Shown here piece after piece: positions 1 through 12,870 of a stretch of 64,000 nt of DNA (the first letter of the stretch is position 1; every line of letters starts with the position of its first letter). Under the pieces are notes generated by a model. It did not search any database, was not told where the DNA came from, and was given only the letters and a program-made list of their open reading frames with translations. Both the position numbers and the translations under genes were made by a program. The stretch is taken from contig NC_042998.1 in the NCBI RefSeq assembly GCF_006345805.1, forward strand, positions 15,872,001-15,936,000. Direction: 5' to 3'. This DNA comes from Octopus sinensis (taxonomy: Eukaryota).

Positions 1-93
1 AGGCAAAGTCGACCTCGGCGGAATTTGAACTCGGAACGTAACGACAGACGAAATACGGCTACGCATTTCGCCCGGCGTGCTAACATTTCTGCC
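1..93 (-). mobile_element. tRNA-derived SINE family A, 5' part (cut by window edge)
   Basis: Reverse complement matches the head of the fuller copy at 39507-39740 (GGCAGAA..GTTAGCACGCCGGGCGAAATGC..GAGTTCAAATTCCGCCGAGGTCGACTTTGCC), with a B-box-like GAGTTCAAATTCC. Confidence 0.8.
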
Positions 94-701
94 TTGTATG
101 TATATATGTATGTATATATAATAAATATTTTTGCATTATATTTAGAAGACCACGACTTCAAATATCGCCCTTTTTATAGTGTGTATATATATATATATGT
201 ATATATTGGTAACTGTACGCAAGTATTTATCTGTGTTTATAAATATTTTTCACTTATATATACTCGGTATATTCAACCAATGAGTGTATAGTAATTTTCG
301 TTACAGAGCACGAACTAAGATATTGTGTTGTCCGAAATTTTATAGATATTATTGTCCACTTCCTAGCATTCAGCCTTGTGCCAAAAGGAGGACAAATTTA
401 CAGTGGTTTGTAGACATTTGACATCTACTTCTACCGGATTGGTGTTGTCGCGCCAACGTCCTTAATTATAATTATATATTCATAATTATATGCTTAGATA
501 TTAAATTTACCAATATCGTGGTTGTTATACGCTGGCCACCGATATAATCATTTTAACGACTATATCCCCAATTTATACAAACAGACACACAAACAGACAC
601 ACATGTATACACGCACGCACGCATACACACATATACATGCACATACACAAACACACACATATATACACGAAGGGACACACATACACATATATATACATGC
701 A

Positions 702-734
<33 letters not shown>

Positions 735-1246
735 CTTTTAAAATGTCTCTTTTGTGTATTCGCGCGTGCGTGTAAAATTAATATGCACAGAATTTAGCAA
801 TTTTGGAGAACTAAAAGGGAGAATTAAAACTGTCACGAAATGTGACTATGGTGCTAGAAAACACCAACATTGCTGGAAATCAGAGCTAAAAATGCTCTAA
901 TGCTATAATCAACGTACATATATGTAAATATATACACTAACTTGGACTTTAATCGTTCCAAAAGTGCCGATGGAGTATTATTTATTCTGACCTGAGTTTT
1001 GGCAATTTCCGTTTGTCTCCTCAGAGCGGACTGGCTCGAACTCCGGCTCTTTCTGGACTCACTTCTTATTAGTATATATGCTTTCATCAGTGAAATCTAC
1101 GGAGGATTTAGTGAACGAAAAAAAATATATTCAAATAAATTAAACATAATATCATGAATAGCGATAGCGAAACCGGTCAATATATGAAAATTTATATTAA
1201 AACCATGTAAGTGTGCGTATTTTCCTTTTTTAATTTCTTATATATA

Positions 1247-1278
<32 letters not shown>

Positions 1279-1790
1279 CTTTTAAAATGTCTCTTTTGTG
1301 TATTCGCGCGTGCGTGTAAAATTAATATGCACAGAATTTAGCAATTTTGGAGAACTAAAAGGGAGAATTAAAACTGTCACGAAATGTGACTATGGTGCTA
1401 GAAAACACCAACATTGCTGGAAATCAGAGCTAAAAATGCTCTAATGCTATAATCAACGTACATATATGTAAATATATACACTAACTTGGACTTTAATCGT
1501 TCCAAAAGTGCCGATGGAGTATTATTTATTCTGACCTGAGTTTTGGCAATTTCCGTTTGTCTCCTCAGAGCGGACTGGCTCGAACTCCGGCTCTTTCTGG
1601 ACTCACTTCTTATTAGTATATATGCTTTCATCAGTGAAATCTACGGAGGATTTAGTGAACGAAAAAAAATATATTCAAATAAATTAAACATAATATCATG
1701 AATAGCGATAGCGAAACCGGTCAATATATGAAAATTTATATTAAAACCATGTAAGTGTGCGTATTTTCCTTTTTTAATTTCTTATATATA

Positions 1791-1822
<32 letters not shown>

Positions 1823-2329
1823 CTTTTAAAATGTCTCTTTTGTGTATTCGCGCGTGCGTGTAAAATTAATATGCACAGAATTTAGCAATTTTGGAGAACT
1901 AAAAGGGAGAATTAAAACTGTCACGAAATGTGACTATGGTGCTAGAAAACACCAACATTGCTGGAAATCAGAGCTAAAAATGCTCTAATGCTATAATCAA
2001 CGTACATATATGTAAATATATACACTAACTTGGACTTTAATCGTTCCAAAAGTGCCGATGGAGTATTATTTATTCTGACCTGAGTTTTGGCAATTTCCGT
2101 TTGTCTCCTCAGAGCGGACTGGCTCGAACTCCGGCTCTTTCTGGACTCACTTCTTTATTAGTATATATGCTTTCATCAGTGAAATCTACGGAGGATTTAG
2201 TGAACGAAAAAAAATATATTCAAATAAATTAAACATAATATCATGAATAGCGATAGCGAAACCGGTCAATATATGAAAATTTATATTAAAACCATGTAAG
2301 TGTGCGTATTTTCCTTTTTTAATTTCTTA
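735..2329 (+). repeat. Tandem array of three 544-bp units, each separated and flanked by (TA)n
   Basis: Units start at 735, 1279 and 1823 (CTTTTAAAATGTCTC...) and end ...TAATTTCTTA. By eye they are identical except one extra T in unit 3 (~2153). Confidence 0.95.
1145..1186 (+). ncRNA. Hammerhead-like motif, type I, minimal, A3-U8 core variant (copies 1689-1730, 2234-2275)
   Basis: CAUAAUAUC-AUGAAUA-GC GAUA GC-GAAA-CCGG-UC-AAUAUAUG. It has GAAA, a palindromic helix III ACCGGU, a GUC triplet and a 2-bp helix II. The core has A3/U8 instead of C3/G8, and helix I is AU-rich with a C.A closing mismatch. Confidence 0.45.
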
Positions 2330-3171
2330 TATATATATATATATACTTCTATTAAAACTTGACTTGTAATTTTCTTTTAATTCATTATATATTCGATGTT
2401 ATAGCAAATGAAAATTGCTTTCTCATATAATTCAGACCTGTATATACTATAAGTAGTTCTAACTAGAAATAATTCCTGATAGAGTCTGTCTATGTGATTC
2501 ATTCTACTTCATTTTTTTACTCGCATATATGTATGAAATCTCGGAAAAATCGTAACCAAATTCTTCTCTGTCGGTGTTTGAAGCCATATAGTTTGTCGCC
2601 TCACTGTTTCAATATACATAAAATATATAAGATATATAATAGATAAATATGTAAAATTTTGTTATAAAGTATATTATTTATCGAAGTAGAAAAATGTCGA
2701 AACTTTGACAGACTTACCAAGATTACTGATTGATACAAGTAATTCACGTATTCCAAACTTTTATTTTTATTATATCGTGCCAAAAGAACAGATGAAAAAT
2801 ATTTCCAGTAACACTGATGGGTATGATAGATGGAAGTTTTGTGACATAGATAAATAGCAAAATTGTCTCAGAGAAAAGAACTGAAATGATAAGGAAATCG
2901 ACAGAAGACAGATATTGTAAAACAAAGTCTGCCAGAAATAGAGTAAGACACACAGTCGAGACATGCGCATTCAACAAAACATTCTAAAGATTAAAAGCGT
3001 ACTGCAATATGATTTCAGATACGATTTTTCTGAAGAAAAATATAATTGCATCCGAGACGTTGGTTATATTATTGTTTATGTTTTTACACTTATTTTATTT
3101 TCCATATTGTCATTTTCTCCCTTATCTCCTATTTCTTTTTAATATAAACCATAATCATCTTCAACACCATA

Positions 3172-3198
3172 TCATCGTCGTCGTCGTCGTCGTCGTCG

Positions 3199-3231
<33 letters not shown>

Positions 3232-3232
3232 C
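3172..3232. repeat. (CGT)n(CAT)n microsatellite
   Basis: Direct reading. Confidence 0.95.
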
Positions 3233-4820
3233 TGCTATGGATATCGTCTTCGTTCTCTTCATAGTCGTCATCATCCATGCCATAACACTATGATTATGAT
3301 TGTATCTTTATGCAGCGAGGCGAAACACTGTTATTGCGTAACTAAAAATATGAGAAAAACCTCTTACGTTTCCAAGCAATCTACTAAAAATATCAGTTAA
3401 ACTTTCCTCAAAAGACATTAAACAACGCAGTTTTAGTTTATGTCACAGAATTCTGTGTTATTCTTCGTATAAATCTTAATTGATATGGCTGTAAAAATAA
3501 AATCAACAATTATTTGTCTAAAAGCTATTCATCAAATTGACGTAACATAAAAATCAACAAAACCATTCATGGAACAGACGATAGGAAGGACGCCCATATC
3601 ATATAATATACTCGTACAGTATGGTTGGACTATGCTCAAGAGGGTATAATCTAGAAGTCGAGTTGTTACAATCTTGTCCAATTTATAGATGTACAGTACC
3701 AAGCAACACCAGTACCAATGCATATTAATAACATAGGATGTTTGGAATGAATAACCATTTTCGTAATGTACATATCTGACCATATTCCAAATGAATTATT
3801 ATTGACCGATATACAAATATTAACCGTTTCCTCCATACGTGGTTTCCATTTCATAAAAAGCAATATTTTAGATGTTTTCGAACGAACTTCCTATAGAAAT
3901 CATACAGTTAGAAAAGCATAGTTTGGAAAAGACAGGAAACATATAATCAAAGTTGAAACATGCTGATTATATTTATAAAGTTCCTGCTTGTGATGCATTT
4001 TTGTGCGTGTCATTGTGCTGTGGCCTCTTTTAACCTTACTGTATATACGGCGCATGCATTAACATATATTTGGCTATTCTTTCTATTTTAAATTATATCA
4101 AATTGACGGAGGGAGCCTCGTTGACTGGCTTTCGTGCAAATGGTTTATAGCGTATGCGAGCACAAATAACGAATTAGGGGGATTTTTTATATCCACAGTG
4201 GGCATTCATACCCTCCCTCATACATCGGCAGAAACATATTATGCGTGTGTGCGCGTGTGTGTGGAGTATGTGACAGTATTCATGTGTCTCTGCAACATAG
4301 TGAATATACTGGTATCGTGTTTATTATCCGGTTTGGATAGTTTCAATAACAGATCGATTAAATAAATTATTTAAACACCATCAATCAATACAAACAATGA
4401 TTATATAGTTTGATGCGAAATTAAGTGTAACTGAATTCTATCGTTGCATCCTGATAGTGAAAACGATCAAATGCAGGTGTTGCTATCATTTTTGTCTGAT
4501 TTCTTTCCATAATTCTATTTCGAGAACACATCTATAATGGGACTAAACACTTGATTGAGCATTATATATTTATGTATTTTCTTTTTCCTGTCTTGTTTCG
4601 TATCTCAGTTTTTTTCTTCACATTTCTTCTTTTCATCTTGTTCCGTTTGAAGTAGAATAGCTTTTTTTTCTTGTAGATATTCTTTTACATTTTATACTGT
4701 TTTTATATTACAGTATACTATTACAATATTTTGATTATGGTTGGATTAATGCTCTATTCAATTTAATGCAGAATTAATCATTCCTTTCACGCGTACATTT
4801 TTCTTACTTATATCCTACTA

Positions 4821-5069
4821 TTGGGTTGGTGCACAATTATTGCGGCTTCTTTTCAACAAATTTTTACTTAACTAAAACAATTACAATTTTTTACAAATAC
4901 ATCTTTAAATGATGTCTAACCCTTTACCAAGCAACTGGGAAGCAGTAATTGAAGGCGATACTTATATCCTCCGGAATAATCATTTAAAGATTGTTTTGTT
5001 ACTTGTAGTTATTGTTTTTATTGAATAAAATTTCTTGAAAAAAGCCGCAATAATTATGCACCAACCCAA
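4821..5069 (+). mobile_element. Mariner-derived MITE / internal deletion derivative (249 bp)
   Basis: TIRs TTGGGTTGGTGCACAATTATTGCGGC and GCCGCAATAATTATGCACCAACCCAA, with TA on both sides (4819-20, 5070-71). The interior encodes LPSNWEAVIEGDTY, like a mariner transposase C-terminus. Confidence 0.9.
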
Positions 5070-5699
5070 TATTTATCACCAGTTTTCTTTTTCAGGTTCA
5101 TCATTTTGTATTCTTTCTATCTCCCTTTCACGCTTTTTGTTATGATCTTATTTTCTTGGTTTTACTCTTGATATATCCACCCGTTTTTCCTAATGAGCAT
5201 TCGTGGATATGATTATATTTACTACAACAGAAACTTAAATTCCTCCTCTGTCATCGGAATTTCACCTACATTAAACCTCCTCATCTAACCCAAGTTACTG
5301 TGTCTGGCGCCAATATCGATTTATATCGTACTGTGTACTTTTGATTATTTTACTCTACATTTTCACAAGAATGTCCAAATCTCCAATTTCCAACACACTA
5401 ACCTACTTACAAGCATCTCATTCAGAAGATTTCTCGTTCTATTACAAGTTTATTTCCGAGGGTGTGACGATACGAGAGTATTGGGTGTCATTTAATAGTG
5501 GTAAATTTATATACACTTCTTTATTTCATTTCAAAACATTATATGCTTTAGGTAAACCAAACTTTATTCAGAAAATCGTAGGCGATAATATCATTTGAAA
5601 TGTATATCTATACTCTTTTGAGTCTTCCATATTTTACTCTACAATTGATATAATTTTTCTTCAATTCACACATCATGGTTTCTATAACAACTCTTATGC

Positions 5700-6010
5700 T
5701 TATGTGTATATATATGCTTATTCTTGTATATATATATATATATATTCTGAAAATATATATTATCTTATATTGTAAACGTATATATATACATATATATATA
5801 CATTTACAATATAAGATAATATATATCTTCATAATATAATATAATATAATATAATATATATATATATATATATATACTATATATATATATATATTATATA
5901 CACATATATACATATAATTATTGATGGACCAGACTGTATACTAGGCTTTGGTTATGCAATATATATATATATATATATATATATAATACTATATTATATC
6001 ATATCATATT
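5700..6010. repeat. Degenerate (TA)n-rich tract
   Basis: Direct reading. Confidence 0.9.
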
Positions 6011-6049
6011 AGAGGGAACACGACAACAAAATCCAAGGCAGGATAATTA

Positions 6050-6500
6050 TCTGAAGTCATTTAGAATAATTCAATTTGGATAACGTGAATTTGAAGTCGT
6101 ACAGTTGTTTCTGGGAATGTTTAACATACTTTGCTTCCTTAATTTTTATGGAAGTTTGAATTATACTCCCGTAGCTGGGCTTTTAATAATATCCAGATTC
6201 ATTAAGTGAAGCCTTTGAAAAATATATACTCGATCTATATGCTGAAATTAATTGATAGACATATTACGCTTTTTATAGGGAGTAAAACTCTCGTTAAGTC
6301 TATGTCAAACTTTTAAATTTAATGTTTTAAACCTGTGTTGATCGTGAATTTATGAAAAATGATGAAATGACGTGGAGCGTTGATAATGATATAATACCTT
6401 CTGGATATCAAAACATGTGCATGTTTCTGTATAGTGTTGTCCATCTGCCACATCGCAGGAGAAGGACTTATCTGAAGAATTTCCGTTGTTATTCCATCAA
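6050..6500 (-). mobile_element. Possible Penelope-like (GIY-YIG) 3' remnant
   Basis: Minus strand reads IKIKEAKYVKHSQKQLY near 6110-6160, resembling the L.IKEA.YI C-terminal motif of Penelope endonucleases; otherwise heavily degenerate. Confidence 0.3.
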
Positions 6501-6532
6501 CTAGCACGCGTGTTTTCTACTGAGAATATTTC

Positions 6533-6931
6533 GGGAGTGGCTGTGTGGTAAAGAGATTGCTTACCAACCACATGTTTCCGGGTTCTCTCCCACTGCGTGG
6601 CACCTTGTGCTAGTGTTTCCTACTATAGCCTCGGGTCGACCAAAACGTTGTGCGTGGATTTGGTAGACGGAAACTGAAAGATTCCCGTCGTATATATGTA
6701 CATATATGCACATGTCTATATATGTTTGTGTGTCTGTGTTTGTCTCTCCAACATCGCTTGACAACCGATGCTGGTGTGTTTACGTCACCGTAAATTAGCG
6801 GTGCGGCAAAAAAAAACGAACAGAATAAGTACTAGGCTAACAAAAATAAGTCCTGGGGTGGATTTGCTCGACTAAAGGTGGTGACCCAGCATGGCCGCAG
6901 TCGAATGACTGAAACAAGTAAAAGAGTAAAG
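6533..6931 (+). mobile_element. tRNA-derived SINE family B (two halves joined by an internal TA/TG microsatellite)
   Basis: A-box-like TGGCTGTGTGG and a degenerate B-box-like GGTTCTCTCCC (GGTTCAGTCCC/TTCC in other copies); 3' end GCATGGCCGCAGTC..TGACTGAAACAAGTAAAAGAGTAAAG. Homologous to 26375-26766 and 54664-55113. Confidence 0.9.
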
Positions 6932-9900
6932 ATAGTAGAGTCCTGAATATAACTTCTTTGTACTTTGCATTGCTATATACATGCAATGATCTCCTCTATC
7001 TGTATGTCTCTCTATCTGGCTGCCTGACCCTCTATGTATTTGTTTGGTTGCATCTCTGACCTGCTGTCACTCTCTATATCGCTCTATGCTTCTCTCACCC
7101 TGATACGAAAAAGAATTGAGTTATATTGTTCTTAAGCACATTTGCAACTGTCCAATTCTATAAAATTTACTGCGCATCGGCTAAATTTAAGCGTTCTAAG
7201 TAAATGTGACCAGAATATTGAAAATTATTTCAATTATTTGGCACTTCAATTTTTATTTCTACCTAATAATGCAGAGTATGTTAGAAAATAACTAATATCC
7301 AAATCACATTTCTCTTCTTAATAATATTATATTTAATCATTGATCTTTGCAGAGTTAATCCGAAATAACATATTAAATTTCATACATTTCCGAAATACAT
7401 TGTATATTCATTGAAAACAATGTTTTTATCGCTTAAAGTTTATACAAAATTACCAGATAATTTACTTACATGTTGCATTAAAGAATATTGATAATCCCAG
7501 TAAACAGATTACTGAAATCGAGGTTATGTTATAGTGCTTGTGATTCATTTAGAATAATGCGTTTTGAAATCCATGAAAAAGACATTCCAATTACATATTT
7601 CTGTCTAATTCATTGCCATTAATCGGCATTGATTGATAATATCAATGTGTTGATTTCAGAGAAAAAGGTGCTAGTTCTATTCTATTTGCCTTTATTTCTA
7701 CTTTATAATGAAATGGATGTTTTATATAAACTCTAAAGTTTGGTAAACGTTGTGGTCATAAAACACTTTACCTGATGTTGCCTTTTGAACCAGACCCTTC
7801 GGATCACCTCATAGTGGATAACATTACTGACGTTGCATAATGAGTGAATGTTTGTGTGTAGGATTATATATTAAGAAATAAATAATTGTATAACAGTATT
7901 AACGACTCCAGATATCACACATACCATATCTTTTATTGATGTGGAGTTTGCATGGAATCTGTTGATTTACCATCACGCCATCAAACATGCCATTGGTACG
8001 ATGGTTGTCTATACTAATAACATGCTGGTATGCATATACTTATGCATATATAAATATACATGCATCAATTATGTATCATACATATATGTATATGCATATG
8101 GCATATACTATCTAAATATATATGAATATGTTTATTTTTACTTCTACTAATTACATTCTCGAAGAAACTAGAGGATAAATATTATCTAGTACTTACGTCT
8201 GTATAAAGTAGGATGGCTAGAAATTTACTCTATATCACATACAATATGAAGCATTGTCTAAAACGGAAATAATTAGCGTATAATACAGTTTCATTTTACC
8301 GATATAATTTGAGTTGTATAGGCAGAGTAAATTATTTAATGCGTCTATAAACACAATAAATATGAATATATCACTTAATAATATATGATGGTTCTCATAC
8401 TAAATTTTCTGAAATAATTGTTCCAGAATACTTTCAAATTAATATAAATTGACAATGATGGATGTACGAGCCATTATGTACGACAACAAAAGATTTTCAG
8501 CGTTTAGATTTTATTTCGTGTGTAGACATTATTTCCAAGGCAAATAATATATATATATATATATATATATATGATCTTTCCAGTTCCGCACGAACAATGA
8601 AGTTTATAGATACACGATAGCAATCACTTTTCGAATTTCTTTATGACTAATGAATCTTCAAACATGAGTATATGAATTAAAGAAAAAGTAATGAAGATAT
8701 GACACCTAATTAATAAATGTAGAAAATAAACGAAATGATACATCGTTTAAAAATACTGATCTCTTGTCAAAAAATTTTAATGCATTTTTAGATCAATGTA
8801 TTCTATTTCAGAACCAATAAGTTTTGATCTGATTAATATATTTTATATATTGAAAAATGCAGTTTCAATCTAGACTTCATATCTCTTTCTACTTGTGTCA
8901 TTGTTTTTTTAGACATGTTCGAATATTTCTATGATATCCTATAGTTGTGTTCTGAATATAGTCTCAAAACATTTATGCCATAAAATACATAACTATGCAA
9001 CGACGATGCATCTAAGCACAAACTGAACTCGTTGAAATGATATTTTGTGTGACATCAAGGTCTCCAAAAATCATCATTTTGTTGGACAGAGAAAAGAAAT
9101 CTTCAGCAGAAACAAATGACCATTAAGAAAGAGCAGATAGAGGTTAGCCTTTGGTTAAATGAATGTTCAAAACCATTGAGATTCCCTCGTATAAATGAAA
9201 GAAATACAACGATTTTCTTTGTAGGATACAATGAAGACACGGGGATAAGTTTAATCTGCCACAATAAATAATTCTCATTACCACAAAGCCCATTAGATTG
9301 GAACCTGTTAATATGCTCCAGGAAAACCACCTCTGTATTTTCTGACAGGCTATCGAGAAAAACAAAATCATATTCTAATTTCTTTATAAAAATGGTATGG
9401 TATATTTCAGTTTGAAGAGAATTAGACTACCATACCTAAAATGTTTTACTCACTGTCTGGATTTACAAGTCATGTGGCGAACAGGAATTTAAATTCAGGA
9501 CATAGTTAGATATAGCTTAATATGATCACTAGCTGATTTGAGGCATGCGCATTTGAAATTACAATATATTTATAAATAACATTGATGGTTCTTCTCACTT
9601 CAATGTAATTATATAAAAAGAATATAACATCTTGGGGCTCTATATTCAGTATTGTCTCTCAGTCATTATTACCTTGTCTCTGTGCCGTTTATACCTATTA
9701 CCATTGAGTATATTGATTTATTTATATAATGCTATATGTTTATAGAGAATACACTATATCTGAATCTACATACGATCGAGCAAATAAATCTTTCGTAAAG
9801 CTCAGTCATGAATTCTATCTTTTGCATGCTATTTCACACAACATTATATTCATGTACTCCGAATGTCTTATATTCCAAGGCAATGGGAATAACTATACAC

Positions 9901-12639
9901 CCTTTTTATGAAAACACTATAAAACGGTTATAGTTTTGTGAATAAACCACCATATTAATCAGTTCTCTATGTCACGAAACCTTACAATCAACAGCCAAAA
10001 TAAAATTCCTTTTCAAAGCTATATGTCTTATAATGGCTTCATGCATTGTGACAGAAGCAAATCTATTAAATACGTAAAGGAACCGCACGAGCTGATATGT
10101 AGCATTGGAATTTCCTTGTAGGATATATAGTGAATATATTTCTATATGTGGAATTACTAGTGGTAATCAATGACCTCTAAATTTTTGCTGTTAAGAAAGG
10201 AAATGCGCTTCAAATATCTGGATTACAATTAAAGTTCGCCCATGTATTCTTTCTATGACAATACAGCCTGAGAGACAGGTTTCATTATTTAAACCAAATA
10301 CATATTTGGAAATAGTTTCTGACTGTAAACAAGCGAATCACATGTTATCTATACCTATAGTACACTGTTCATTTACGGTAAGTTTTACTTCTTTATTTTA
10401 CTAATTTTCAACGATGTGTATCAAACGAAAGAAAGTTAAATGCATTGGCTACGAAGGACATATCGATGCTTAAGCAAATTGTCCGACACACTCCCAGTTC
10501 AGTTAACTGTGACTTCACTTTTAATGATGTTACTAAGTTTGAAACATTTCCAAATTTCAAACAAATTACAGCCAAAGACAACAAACCTAATTGCAAGCTG
10601 AAAATAAAGAATTGCAAATAAATTATATAACGAAAAATTTAATAAGAAATAAAAAAAAAGACAACTTTGAAAATATCGTTTCGTAGTTCTCACTTTATAT
10701 AAATTATATTTGTTATAAGTATAGAATAGTTTTATTCAGTTAATCAATAGACAATTGGCTTTACACATTTAGATAGTTTTCCATTTCTATTTTTAATAAT
10801 TGAGTTATAAATTCAGTAGACATGTGCCATGTATACAATTTAGATTCTCTATTTCACTGTCGATAGGAAGTAAATTCCATAAAAATACTCAAATAATTCC
10901 ATCTTAAATACATCGTTAATTACCTTTTAAATGAGATGAATATGACACATTTCATTCCCTCTATATTGAGTATACTGCCCTCCAAACACAACCAACTTCC
11001 GCAATGAACCTTGTAAGAAGTAACAGCAGTGCATTCAAACGTCGAAATAATTATTTATAAAGATTTAATGTGAGGACTTAACGAGTGATTCGAAATAACC
11101 ACAATTTCATATTATATCGAATTTATAGCGCATTTCAAGACAGATAGCCAATACTCTCCTTATTGTTTTCTGAGATAAATACAATACTTTAGACATGAAA
11201 AACAGAAAATGTATATCTAAACAGCATTAAGCCAATAACAGATTATATAGTTCCTGTGTGGATTTCTAATTTGTTTTGTATATACTAAAAGAACCGCCCA
11301 GTTCCTATAACCAAGGACGCCATACAGACACTGTGCCTATATGGCTTTCACACGAAAAGAAATAGTAAATGTGAATGATTAACCAGATAGTTGAGAAGCA
11401 AATATTGTAACCCTACGTTTGAGTGAAAGTAGACCTGAAATCACAATTAAAGCAACAAACAAATTTACGCTAATAAGAACCTGTTACAGCATAACCCTCA
11501 AATCGCACGAAGTGTTTAAGTAGACATCACGCTTATGTAGACATTTAAACAAAAACAGCATTATAGCAATGGATAATGTTTGCAGTTCCAGACACCGATG
11601 TGATGTATAGAACAAACAATAACAATTCTCATATTATGACTATCTCTCTTCCACAGGGCTAAATATTAGCATGCATTACTACATTAGATTTTGAGAGCGT
11701 AAAACATGCTAATATATCCAAGCTGCAAGTGCAACCGATTATAGAGAGCATACGGAGTACGGCTTTTCAATTCGCCTATGCATAATATCTGCAGTAAGAT
11801 ATTATGGATCTGATCTTTTCTGTTAAACGACAATCAGAGCTTGTAGTTCCTGGCTATGATGGATCAGAACGGATCAGGAGCTAATAAAAAAAGAACATCA
11901 ATAACCAAATATCATGTTTCTGGCAAATATGTTAGATAAGATAACGAACATACTGCAAGTAACTTGTGTTTACGTCAGGCTTTCCATTTTCAGTCCCGTA
12001 ATTCTTCTTACGTGATTAATGCCTTCTGGCAATGTGTGAATGACAGAACTTCCTGAATATGTCTAGTTTCGCAGAGTCAAGCAATTAAATCTATTCCATT
12101 TCAAAATAAATAAAGTATTTATCTTAACTCAATATTGTAAATTCTATTGCATTGTTTCCTTCATGTCATTTAAAAATACGCATAATTGCATTAACAAAGT
12201 ATTTTTCCCCACAAAAAAAATTAGTGAAACACAAAAACCAAAAATAACAGAAAGCAATTCAAAGAATTTACAATAGAGTAAAATGACTACCAACAACATT
12301 TAAACAGAACTGCTTAACCATCATCAGGGGATTAAGAATGGATGTCAAAAGTGCATAATGTCGTCCAAGACAGAATTATCTGAACGTTTTTGTGTTACAT
12401 TAAAACATAAGTAAATTCTATATCTGACGTACATTCGTTCAATAAATATATGGCTGTATAGCGTAAGAAATGACCTAAGGAGAATTTTGACTGACAAGTT
12501 AAAGAAATCTTTTGAATAGATAACAAATGACATCTGACATGAACATTTTTCAACAATTCGGTACTCATATATATGTATACAAGACTCATAGTCTCACCTA
12601 CTTATTATTCACACAATCTAAACTGTCTCCCATACTTCA

Positions 12640-12870
<231 letters not shown>

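Noticed and set aside
1005-1095. CTGATGA and CTGAGGA on the minus strand of the 544-bp unit as hammerhead cores
   Set aside because: No workable helix I/II; the best GAAA register gives G at position 17, which violates the NUH rule.
854-1631. Repeated 77-aa ORF MKAYILIRSESRK...
   Set aside because: It lies in a tandem repeat, is broken by a 1-nt insertion in unit 3, has no recognisable domain and is antisense to the HHR-like motif.
9090-9270. Open frame EKRNLQQKQM...LICHNK as a host exon
   Set aside because: No recognisable domain, no convincing splice sites and no partner exons.
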